Assembly (NCBI GenBank): GCA_028691955.1
Contig: JAQUYH010000001.1
Span: forward strand, 94,386-158,385
Source: Bacilli bacterium
GTDB taxonomy: Bacteria; Bacillota_I; Bacilli_A; RF39; UBA660
Reading direction: 5' to 3'
DNA: 64,000 bases
Shown here: piece after piece, positions 10,644-19,365 of the stretch
How the letters are laid out: each line of letters begins with the position of its first letter
Numbering within the stretch: position 1 is the stretch's first letter
Made by a program: the position numbers and the translations under genes
The notes under the pieces: model-generated
The model's database searches: none
What the model was told of the DNA's origin: nothing
What the model saw: the letters and a program-made list of their open reading frames with translations, nothing else

Positions 10644-12404
10644 ATGCTAGGTAATATAGTATATATCAACGATAACATAGCCCATATTCAAATACCTGAC
10701 GGCACACCAATTGGAGCCAACTTAATGAACATGCATGTTATTTTTGAAGATGAGAGTAAAAAAATATTAGGAGAAGTAGAAGACATTAGTAAAGAAATTA
10801 TTAAAGTGCGCTTCTTAGGAGAAATAGTAAATAACAGTTTTATAGGCGGAGTAATAAGGAAACCATCACTATCAGCAAACTTGCGTATTATAACTAATGA
10901 TGAAGTAAAGCTGATCGTGGGTTCATCAAATGAATCAATAACAATTGGAGAAAGTCCTCTATATGACGGATATCCTATAACAGTAGATATTAACGAATTT
11001 TTTGGCCATCATCTAGCTATATTTGGCAATACCGGTAGTGGTAAGTCATGTGGAGTAGCGAGAATTCTACAAAATGTATTTCAAAATCAAAACATTGTTC
11101 CATATAAGGCAAACTTTCTAATATTTGATTCATATGGCGAATATAAAAATGCTTTTAAAAACATTGGTTCTATTAATTCTAATTTTAATTTCAAATTTTA
11201 TACAACAAGCAAGCCTGAAGAAAATAGCTTTAGCTTAGAAATCCCCCCATGGCTTATGTCAATTGATGACTTTTCTCTACTTCTTGGGGCAGATACACAT
11301 TCACAAATACCAATGATTGAAAGAATGTTAAAACTAACAAGGATATTTGCTTCAAAAGATGATCAAGCCACTAGTTATAAGAATCACTTAATAGCTTCAG
11401 CTATCATGATGATTTTATATACTAATCAGACTTCAGCCAGTAAAAGAAATGATATATTTTCCATATTAAACACGTGCTCAACTAATGAATTTAATTTAGA
11501 AGCTCCAGTTCAAGGAATAGGGTATGTTAGAAAATTTCGTGAATGTTTTTTAATAGATTCAACTGGCCAATTTTCAGAAAGCATTTTACTAACTCAATAT
11601 GTAAGTAGTTTTATAAAAGAAGAATTAAATAAATATGAAGTAGATGATGATTTATTCTTTACTTTAGAAGATGTTGAAAAAGCATTAAACTTTACTTTAA
11701 TTTCAGAAGGACTGCTTAGAAATGAAAAAGCATATAATGATGCCATAACTTTAAAAGTAAGGCTGCATTCACTAGTAATTAGTGAATATGGAAAATTTTT
11801 TAATTATCCAAAATTTATAACACTAGAAAACTATATAGCCAGTTTAGTAACCTATAATGGCAAGAAAGCTCAAATTATTAATTTTAATCTAGAGGATATT
11901 GATGACTCTATAGCAAAAGTAATAGTTAAAATATATACAAGATTACTCTTTGAATTCACAAAAAAATTAACAAAAAGAGCAAGTATACCTTTTCACATCT
12001 TTCTAGAGGAATCACACAGATATGTTCAGCAAGATAATGATAACTTTTTATTAGGATATAACGTGTTTGAAAGAGTGGCCAAAGAGGGAAGAAAATATGG
12101 TTTAGTTTTAGACTTGATAAGTCAAAGACCAGTTGAACTATCGGAAACCGTAATCTCACAGTGTAGTAACTTTTTAATATTTAAAATGACACACCCAAGA
12201 GATATTGAATATATTAAAAAAATGATACCTAATGTAAGTGCTGAAATAATTGAAAAGCAAAAAAGCTTACAACCAGGAACTTGCGTAGCCTTTGGAAGTG
12301 CATTTAAAGTTCCAATGATTATTAAACTAAAGCAAGCTGATCCAGAACCATCCAGTGGTAATAGTGATATATATGCTAATTGGCAGGTAAAAGGGAAACA
12401 ATAA
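10644..12404 (+). CDS. HerA-like ATPase of the FtsK/HerA superfamily (DUF87-type), paralogue 1
   Basis: N-terminal HAS-barrel-like region, Walker A GNTGSGKS, Walker B FHIFLEESHRY, and EGRKYGLVLDLISQRP. Only 10 nt after ylxM. Confidence 0.8.
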   Translation: MLGNIVYINDNIAHIQIPDGTPIGANLMNMHVIFEDESKKILGEVEDISKEIIKVRFLGEIVNNSFIGGVIRKPSLSANLRIITNDEVKLIVGSSNESITIGESPLYDGYPITVDINEFFGHHLAIFGNTGSGKSCGVARILQNVFQNQNIVPYKANFLIFDSYGEYKNAFKNIGSINSNFNFKFYTTSKPEENSFSLEIPPWLMSIDDFSLLLGADTHSQIPMIERMLKLTRIFASKDDQATSYKNHLIASAIMMILYTNQTSASKRNDIFSILNTCSTNEFNLEAPVQGIGYVRKFRECFLIDSTGQFSESILLTQYVSSFIKEELNKYEVDDDLFFTLEDVEKALNFTLISEGLLRNEKAYNDAITLKVRLHSLVISEYGKFFNYPKFITLENYIASLVTYNGKKAQIINFNLEDIDDSIAKVIVKIYTRLLFEFTKKLTKRASIPFHIFLEESHRYVQQDNDNFLLGYNVFERVAKEGRKYGLVLDLISQRPVELSETVISQCSNFLIFKMTHPRDIEYIKKMIPNVSAEIIEKQKSLQPGTCVAFGSAFKVPMIIKLKQADPEPSSGNSDIYANWQVKGKQ

Positions 12405-12502
12405 TATTACATGTAAAAAAATGTAAATTTAAGCAAAAAGATTGTCATTTATTTCTAAATGTGTTAATATTTAAATGTAAGTAAAAGTAAGGTGGTGATG
12501 AT

Positions 12503-12883
12503 ATGAAAAATAAAAAAGGTTTTACATTAATTGAACTTTTAGCCGTTATCGTTATATTAGCGATTATAGCAGTTATAGCAACACCAATAATCTTAGGAGT
12601 AATTGATGATGCTAGAACATCAGCAGCGGAAGATTCGGCTTATGGAGCACTTGATGCAATAAAGTCTTACTACGCCACATCACAAATATCAGCAAGTCCA
12701 GCAGCATTACCTTTGACAATAAATTTTGCCACACCAGCTGATGTTGCATTATTATCAATGTCAGGTACGGTGCCAACAGCAGGGTCAGTTACATTGTCAG
12801 CGGCAGGAGCATTTACTGTAACAGGGTTAACTGTAAACGGATATACATGTACTTATACTAGTGGAGCATTTTCTTGCTCATAA
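12503..12883 (+). CDS. type IV pilin (PilA-like major pilin)
   Basis: prepilin leader MKNKKG|FTLIELLAVIVILAII with Glu+5; C-terminal Cys pair (CTYTSGAFSC); strong RBS AAGGTGGTGA. Confidence 0.8.
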   Translation: MKNKKGFTLIELLAVIVILAIIAVIATPIILGVIDDARTSAAEDSAYGALDAIKSYYATSQISASPAALPLTINFATPADVALLSMSGTVPTAGSVTLSAAGAFTVTGLTVNGYTCTYTSGAFSCS

Positions 12884-12898
12884 TTTAAGGAGAATATT

Positions 12899-13315
12899 AT
12901 GAAAAACAATAAAGGATTTACTTTAATAGAACTTTTAGCTGTTATCGTTATATTAGCGATTATAGCTGTTATAGCAACACCAATAATCTTAGGAGTAATT
13001 GATGATGCTAGGACAAAAGCAGCTGAAAATTCAGCTTATGGAGCACTTGATGCAGTAAAATCATACTATGCTACATCACAAATAGGTGATACTCCAGTAA
13101 CTTTACCAATAACTATTAATTTTGGCACACCAGAAGCAGGTGAGTTGGCAGGCACTGTACTTTCAATGTCAGGTACAAAACCAACAGCAGGAACTATAAC
13201 ACTAGCAACTACTGGAGCATTTACAGTAGGAACAGCATTAACAATTTCTGTAAGTGGAACAAACTATAGTTGTAGTTATGCAAGTAATGAGTTTACTTGT
13301 GCAAAAGCTGCATAA
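12899..13315 (+). CDS. type IV pilin (PilA-like major pilin), paralogue
   Basis: N-terminal 40 aa nearly identical to the previous gene; C-terminal Cys pair (CSYASNEFTC). Confidence 0.8.
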   Translation: MKNNKGFTLIELLAVIVILAIIAVIATPIILGVIDDARTKAAENSAYGALDAVKSYYATSQIGDTPVTLPITINFGTPEAGELAGTVLSMSGTKPTAGTITLATTGAFTVGTALTISVSGTNYSCSYASNEFTCAKAA

Positions 13316-13331
13316 TTAATATATAAATATT

Positions 13332-13358
13332 AAAAGGCCTATATGGCTTTTTTTTTTG
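13332..13358 (+). terminator. rho-independent terminator after the tandem pilin genes
   Basis: AAAAGGCC-TATAT-GGCTTTT then T10. Confidence 0.55.
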
Positions 13359-13404
13359 TTTATTTTGTTATATAATAAATATATATAAAGAATAGAGGTA
13401 ATTT

Positions 13405-15180
13405 ATGCTTGGAAATATTATAGGAATAGAAGATAATAACATATTAATAAAATTAAATGTTGAACTTGATAAAATTCAAAGTTTGATTAACATGTATGTT
13501 GTATTTGATGATAATCAAAAATTAATGGTTGGCGAGATAGTAGATATTAAAGAGGGAATAGCTTCAGTTAATTTGCTAGGAGAGTTAATTAATGATGAGT
13601 TTGTTTTTGGCGTTATAAGAAAACCTTCATTTGGTTCAGGAGTAAAATTAATCAGTAAAGAAAAAATTCCAATGATTATAGGTTCACAATCATATGACGA
13701 AAAAGAAGATTTGATTTTAGGACAAAGCCCAGTATATGATGGAATAAATGTTGGAGTTAATATTAATTCTTTCTTTAACAATCACTTTGCTATTTTTGGC
13801 TCTACTGGTAGTGGTAAATCATGTAGTGTTGCTAGAATATTTCAAAATTTGTTTGAAAAAGAGACAAGCATTCCATATAAAGCAAATATTTTTATTTTTG
13901 ATGCCTATGGAGAATATCACACTGCATTTAGTAAACTACACGATAAAGTTCCAGAAATTAACTTTAAATCGTACACAACTAATTTAGAATTTAGTGAAAC
14001 CGAAATAATTAAAGTTCCGTTATGGTTTTTAGGAGTAGATGATATCGCCCTTTTATTATCAGCAGATAAACACTCACAACTTCCCATAATAGAAAAAGCT
14101 TTAAAATTAATTACCATATTTGCTAAAGAAGAAGAAGTTGTAATTAAACAAAAAAACGATATCATCGCACGTGCTTTATTAGATATTTTAAGTAGTGGTA
14201 GGCCATCTCCTCAAATAAGAGATCAAATATTTTCAATACTATCACATTTTAATACATCAGAATTAAATCTAGAAACAGAAATATTTCAACCAGGCTATAC
14301 CAGACCTTTAAAGCAATGTTTATTAATAGATGCATCAGGTAAAATTAGAGAGATGGAATTAATTACAACATTTATGAATAGTTTTCTAATTGAAAATATA
14401 GATTTAAATCTACCAGATGGAACATTTAAATATACCTTGACTGATTTAAAAGACGCTTTTGACTTTGCTCTAATAAGCGAAGGAATATTAAAGAGTGATA
14501 AAATATATGATGAAACAAATGCTTTAAAAGTAAGATTATATTCATTAGTTAATAGTAATTATAGCAAGTACTTTGATTATCCAGAGTATGTATCAAAAGA
14601 AGCTTATATTAGACAATTATTAACCGCACCAGATGGTAAAAAAGCTCAAATAATAAACTTCAATATAAATTATATTGATGATAGATTTGCTAAAACTTTA
14701 ACCAAGATATATTCAAAATTATTATTTGATTTTGGAAAAGATATAAATAAAAGAACATCTATGCCTTTTCACATAATACTAGAAGAAGCCCATAGATATG
14801 TTCAAAATGATACAGATATCGATTTAATAGGCTATAACATATTTGATAGAATTACCAAAGAAGGTAGAAAATATGGTGTTATCCTAGGCTTAATTACTCA
14901 AAGACCATCAGAAATGAGTGAAACAGCTTTGTCACAATGTAATAACTTTTTAGTATTTAAAATGCTGCACCCAAGGGATGTAACATATATAAAAGACATG
15001 GTTCCAAACATTACGACTGAAATAGTCAAAAGGCTTAGAATTTTGCAACCTGGCACATGTATTGCCTTTGGTGGAGCATTTAAAGTGCCAGTCTTAGTAA
15101 AATTTCAAATGCCAGACCCTGAACCAACAAGTAATAACTGTGACATAATTGATAAATGGTTTGTTACGAAGAAAGGATGA
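13405..15180 (+). CDS. HerA-like ATPase of the FtsK/HerA superfamily (DUF87-type), paralogue 2
   Basis: Walker A GSTGSGKS, Walker B FHIILEEAHRY, and EGRKYGVILGLITQRP. Clearly paralogous to 10644..12404. Confidence 0.8.
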   Translation: MLGNIIGIEDNNILIKLNVELDKIQSLINMYVVFDDNQKLMVGEIVDIKEGIASVNLLGELINDEFVFGVIRKPSFGSGVKLISKEKIPMIIGSQSYDEKEDLILGQSPVYDGINVGVNINSFFNNHFAIFGSTGSGKSCSVARIFQNLFEKETSIPYKANIFIFDAYGEYHTAFSKLHDKVPEINFKSYTTNLEFSETEIIKVPLWFLGVDDIALLLSADKHSQLPIIEKALKLITIFAKEEEVVIKQKNDIIARALLDILSSGRPSPQIRDQIFSILSHFNTSELNLETEIFQPGYTRPLKQCLLIDASGKIREMELITTFMNSFLIENIDLNLPDGTFKYTLTDLKDAFDFALISEGILKSDKIYDETNALKVRLYSLVNSNYSKYFDYPEYVSKEAYIRQLLTAPDGKKAQIINFNINYIDDRFAKTLTKIYSKLLFDFGKDINKRTSMPFHIILEEAHRYVQNDTDIDLIGYNIFDRITKEGRKYGVILGLITQRPSEMSETALSQCNNFLVFKMLHPRDVTYIKDMVPNITTEIVKRLRILQPGTCIAFGGAFKVPVLVKFQMPDPEPTSNNCDIIDKWFVTKKG

Positions 15181-15184
15181 TAAA

Positions 15185-18100
15185 ATGAAAAAAATAACCA
15201 TTGATGGAAACGAAGCATGTAGCTATACTTCATACATATTTACAGAGTCAGCTGGAATTTATCCAATTACGCCATCTAGTCCAATGGCTGAACACATAGA
15301 CGAATGGAGTAGTAAAGGTAGAAGAAATATATTTAATGACACTGTTAAAGTCGTTGAAATGCAAAGCGAAGCAGGAGCTGCTGGATTTGTTCACGGCTCT
15401 TTAGCAGCTGGCATTTTAACTTCAACTTATACAGCAAGTCAGGGATTATTATTAATGATTCCAAACTTTTATAAAGTAGCAGGAGAAATGCTACCTTTAG
15501 TAGTACACGTTGCAGCTCGTAGTCTAGCCACTCATGCACTATCCATATTTGGTGACCATCAAGACATATATGCCGCAAGAAGCACAGGTATAATGATGTT
15601 AGCTTCATCTTCCGTACAAGATGCAGCTTTACTTTCTGCTGTAGCTCACTTATCTGCAATTAAAATGAGTTTACCTATAATGCACTTCTTTGATGGCTTT
15701 AGAACAAGTCATGAAATTGATAAAATAAACATACTAAATGCCGAAGACTATCAAGATATCATAGACTATGGTGCTATTGAAAAATTTAGAAGAAAAGCAC
15801 TAAATCCAAATAATCCTGATACTAGAGGAACTGCACAAAACGATGATGTTTATTTTCAAGCAACAGAAGTAAGAAATAAATACTATAATGCCGCACCAGA
15901 TGTTGTAAATTACTACATGGGTGAAATTAATAGAAAAGCCAAAACTAATTATAAACCATTTAACTATTATGGCAGTGAAAATGCTGAACACGTTATAGTA
16001 GCAATGGGTTCCGTTTGTGAAACTATAAAAGAAACAATAGACGCACTAGGCGAAAAATATGGGCTTATGGAAGTACATTTATATAGACCATTTTCTAAAG
16101 AATACTTTATAAACGAACTACCAAGCACAGTAAAAAGTGTAGCAGTACTAGATAGAACTAAAGAGCCTGGTAGTTTAGGTGAACCATTATATTTAGATGT
16201 AAAGAGCATTTTAGATATTCCTGTTTATGGAGGAAGATATGGTCTTTCATCAAAGAATACAACACCAAAAGATATCAAAGCTGTATTTAATATGTTAGAG
16301 ACTAGCCCTTTCCACAACTTTACAATTGGTATAGAAGATGATATTACAAGTTTAAGTTTAAAAGTAGATAAAACATTTAAAATATCTTCATCTAAAGAAT
16401 TCTTAATTTATGGTTATGGATCAGATGGTATGGTAAGCGCATCAAAATCAATTATTAAATTAATTGGCGAAAATACAGATAATTATGTCCAAGGATATTT
16501 TCAATATGATTCAAAAAAATCAGGCGGCGTTACAGCTAGTCATTTAAGGTTTGATAACAAACCAATTAGAAGTACTTATTATGTAGAAAGTCCTAGTTTA
16601 GTAGTATGTACAAAAGACAAATATTTAGATGATTTTGATTTATTAAGTCACATAAAAGAAAATGGAACGTTTATCTTAAATACCATTAAAAATGAACAAG
16701 AATTAATTATTCCAGAAAAAACCGCTAAAATAATAAAAGAAAGAAATATTAAATTCTATACAATTAATGCCTATGAAATAGCCGCTAAAGTAGGGCTAGG
16801 TAATAAAATAAGCACTATTATGGAAGCAGTTATAATTCAAGTTTCAAATATAATTGATTTTAACGAAGCAAAAGATAAAATGAAAGCTTTAGCTAAAGAA
16901 AAATTTGGCAAAAAAGGCGATAAAATAGTACAATCCAATTATGATGCTATTGATTTAGCTGGCAGCTATTTAAAAGAAGTAACGAACATTTTAACAAAAG
17001 AAAATGAAAACTATTCAAGTTCAGTATTTGAAATGATAACTCATAGAAAAGGTAATGAACTTAAAACATCAGACTTTGAGCACATGCAAGATGGTAGATA
17101 TATAAAAGGAACTTCGGCTTTAGAAAAAAGAATGATAAGTGATGTTGTTCCAAACTGGGATAAAGAAAACTGTATTACATGTAACTTATGCTCTGTAGTT
17201 TGTCCTCACGGCGTTATTAGACCATATCTAATAAGCGAAGAAGAATATAAAGAAATGCCAGAGTACTTACAAAATAGGTGCATAAAAGCTCTAGATCGTA
17301 ATTTGGCAGATTATTATTTTACAATTGGTATTTCTGTAAAAGATTGCACTGGATGTGGCTTATGTATTAAATCTTGCCCAGGAAGAAGCGGCAACAAAGC
17401 TTTAACTCCATTTAATTTAGATGAAGCATTAAAGAAAAAGGAGCAAGATGCATTTGACTATTTAGATAGCAAAATAACCGAGAAAAAAGTATCAAAAGAT
17501 TTAATTAAAAACACCCAATTTACTAAACCAAAATTTGCCTTTAGTGGAGCATGTGCCGGATGCGGTGAAACCCCATATATAAAACTCTTAACTCAAGTAT
17601 TAGGTGAGGGCATGATAGTCGCTAATGCTACAGGATGTTCATCTATCTATGGAGGATCATTCCCATCAACTCCATATACAATTCCTTGGGCTAACTCATT
17701 ATTTGAAGACAATGCTGAATTTGGTTATGGAATATTAATAGCTAACAACATAATGAGAAACAGAGTACGAGAAATACTCTCTAACAATATTGAAGTTGAT
17801 AAAGAGTTAATAACTAAATGGCTAAATAATAGTAACGACTATGAAATAACTAAAGAAGTATATGAAAATATTGACTACAATAAAATACCAGAACTAATTC
17901 CATATAGAGAATACATTCCATACAGAAGTGTATGGACTATTGGAGGAGACGGTTGGGCATATGATATTGGATATGGTGGAATAGATCATGTTCTAGCAAG
18001 TAATGATAACGTTAATATATTAGTTTTAGATACACAAGTATATTCTAATACCGGGGGACAATCATCTAAAGCAAGCCCAATAGGAAGTATAGCTTCATTT

Positions 18101-18556
18101 ACAAACTCAGGAAAGAAAATAGCGAAAAAAGATTTAGCTCATATAGCTTTAAGCTATCCTCATGTCTATGTTGCTACAGTATCACTTGGAGCTAATCAAA
18201 ATCAATTGTTAAAAGCGTTTAATGAGGCTTCAAAATATGATGGACCATCAATTATTATAGCTTATGCTCCTTGCATATCTCATGGTATAGAGGGTGGGTT
18301 AGCTAATAGTATTGATATGGAAAAACTAGCCACATCTTCAGGATATTTTCCAATATTTAGATATAATCCTGAAACAAAACTATTTAGCTTAGATAGTAAG
18401 AATGTTAACTTTGATTTATATGATGAATTTTTAAGTAAACAAACTAGATATTCGATGCTTAAAAAAATAAATCCTTCCAAAGCAGAAGAATTATTAAAAG
18501 AAAATAAACAAAATGCCATGGAAAGATTTGAATATTATAAATCATTAGAAAAATAA
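15185..18556 (+). CDS. nifJ: pyruvate:ferredoxin (flavodoxin) oxidoreductase
   Basis: N-terminus MKKITIDGNEA…IYPITPSS; two 4Fe-4S CxxCxxCxxxCP motifs; TPP motif GDGW. The track ORF start 15149 overlaps the upstream gene, so the true start is likely ATG 15185. Confidence 0.9.
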   Translation: MKKITIDGNEACSYTSYIFTESAGIYPITPSSPMAEHIDEWSSKGRRNIFNDTVKVVEMQSEAGAAGFVHGSLAAGILTSTYTASQGLLLMIPNFYKVAGEMLPLVVHVAARSLATHALSIFGDHQDIYAARSTGIMMLASSSVQDAALLSAVAHLSAIKMSLPIMHFFDGFRTSHEIDKINILNAEDYQDIIDYGAIEKFRRKALNPNNPDTRGTAQNDDVYFQATEVRNKYYNAAPDVVNYYMGEINRKAKTNYKPFNYYGSENAEHVIVAMGSVCETIKETIDALGEKYGLMEVHLYRPFSKEYFINELPSTVKSVAVLDRTKEPGSLGEPLYLDVKSILDIPVYGGRYGLSSKNTTPKDIKAVFNMLETSPFHNFTIGIEDDITSLSLKVDKTFKISSSKEFLIYGYGSDGMVSASKSIIKLIGENTDNYVQGYFQYDSKKSGGVTASHLRFDNKPIRSTYYVESPSLVVCTKDKYLDDFDLLSHIKENGTFILNTIKNEQELIIPEKTAKIIKERNIKFYTINAYEIAAKVGLGNKISTIMEAVIIQVSNIIDFNEAKDKMKALAKEKFGKKGDKIVQSNYDAIDLAGSYLKEVTNILTKENENYSSSVFEMITHRKGNELKTSDFEHMQDGRYIKGTSALEKRMISDVVPNWDKENCITCNLCSVVCPHGVIRPYLISEEEYKEMPEYLQNRCIKALDRNLADYYFTIGISVKDCTGCGLCIKSCPGRSGNKALTPFNLDEALKKKEQDAFDYLDSKITEKKVSKDLIKNTQFTKPKFAFSGACAGCGETPYIKLLTQVLGEGMIVANATGCSSIYGGSFPSTPYTIPWANSLFEDNAEFGYGILIANNIMRNRVREILSNNIEVDKELITKWLNNSNDYEITKEVYENIDYNKIPELIPYREYIPYRSVWTIGGDGWAYDIGYGGIDHVLASNDNVNILVLDTQVYSNTGGQSSKASPIGSIASFTNSGKKIAKKDLAHIALSYPHVYVATVSLGANQNQLLKAFNEASKYDGPSIIIAYAPCISHGIEGGLANSIDMEKLATSSGYFPIFRYNPETKLFSLDSKNVNFDLYDEFLSKQTRYSMLKKINPSKAEELLKENKQNAMERFEYYKSLEK

Positions 18557-18677
18557 TACAAAAAAAAGAACAGCCCCCCTGAAAGGCTGCTCATAAAAGA
18601 ATAAAAAGGGGTTGGCTAGTGTGATACTAGCAGCCAATTCGCCTAATTCGAATTGGTACCTTATATACTAATGCAAA

Positions 18678-18702
18678 AAGGTTGATTTGTCAACCTTTTT
18701 TA
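18678..18702 (+). terminator. rho-independent terminator after nifJ
   Basis: AGGTTGA-TTTG-TCAACCT then T6. Confidence 0.6.
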
Positions 18703-18727
18703 TTAAAATAAAATTTAATAGTAGTGT

Positions 18728-18756
18728 TGATATAAAGTCTTTTATTTGTTATAATG
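18728..18756 (+). promoter_or_regulatory. sigma-A-type promoter TTGATA-17-TATAAT
   Basis: consensus hexamers 20 nt upstream of the 18777 CDS. Confidence 0.55.
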
Positions 18757-18776
18757 TTTAAAGATAGAGGTGCTAC

Positions 18777-19292
18777 ATGACAGTATTATTTTTATGTATT
18801 AAGATCTTTTGTGCGAGAATCATGGACGTTTCATTAGGAACTCTTAGAATGATAGTAACAGTTAAAGGAAAAAAACTATTAGCTGCCTGCATCGGTTTCT
18901 TCGAAGTTTTAATTTGGTTTTCAATTGTAAGAGAAGCTTTAAATACTGACGAAACAAGTGTTTTTATAGCTGTATTTTATGCATTAGGATTTGCTACAGG
19001 AACATATATAGGCGGATTCCTATCTGATGTTTTAATAAAAGGCACACTAAGTGTACAAGTTGTTTTATCTAACCAAGACTTTTATGTTGTAGATCAAATT
19101 AGAAATCATGGATTTGCCGTATCTGTAATGGACGTTAAAGGCAAAGAAGAAGACAAAGATAAATTTATGCTATTTATTGAAATAGATAAAAAGAAAGTAG
19201 ATCAATTAACTAAATTAATAAAGAAATTAGATAGTAGAGCGTTTATAGTTGTAAATGAAACTAAAATGGTCCAAAACGGATTCTTTAAATAA
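18777..19292 (+). CDS. small membrane protein, DUF2179/UPF0316-like
   Basis: sigma-A-like promoter upstream; three TMs plus a C-terminal soluble domain. Confidence 0.5.
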   Translation: MTVLFLCIKIFCARIMDVSLGTLRMIVTVKGKKLLAACIGFFEVLIWFSIVREALNTDETSVFIAVFYALGFATGTYIGGFLSDVLIKGTLSVQVVLSNQDFYVVDQIRNHGFAVSVMDVKGKEEDKDKFMLFIEIDKKKVDQLTKLIKKLDSRAFIVVNETKMVQNGFFK

Positions 19293-19315
19293 AATCACCT
19301 ACGGGTGTTTTTTTC

Positions 19316-19343
19316 TTGATAACAGAACTTCTGTTTGCTATAA
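19316..19343 (+). promoter_or_regulatory. sigma-A-type promoter TTGATA-17-TATAAT for addB/rexB
   Basis: hexamers about 25 nt upstream of ATG 19366. Confidence 0.5.
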
Positions 19344-19365
19344 TATATATAGAGTAGGTGAGAAT

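Noticed and set aside
15149-15184. Upstream in-frame extension of the PFOR ORF (MINGLLRRKDDK)
   Set aside because: It overlaps the 3' end of the HerA-like gene and has no RBS. The conserved PFOR N-terminus begins at ATG 15185, which is preceded by an AGGA motif.
19255-19365. Upstream in-frame extension of the AddB ORF
   Set aside because: It covers the terminator and promoter of the preceding gene. The real start at 19366 has RBS GAGTAGGTGAG.
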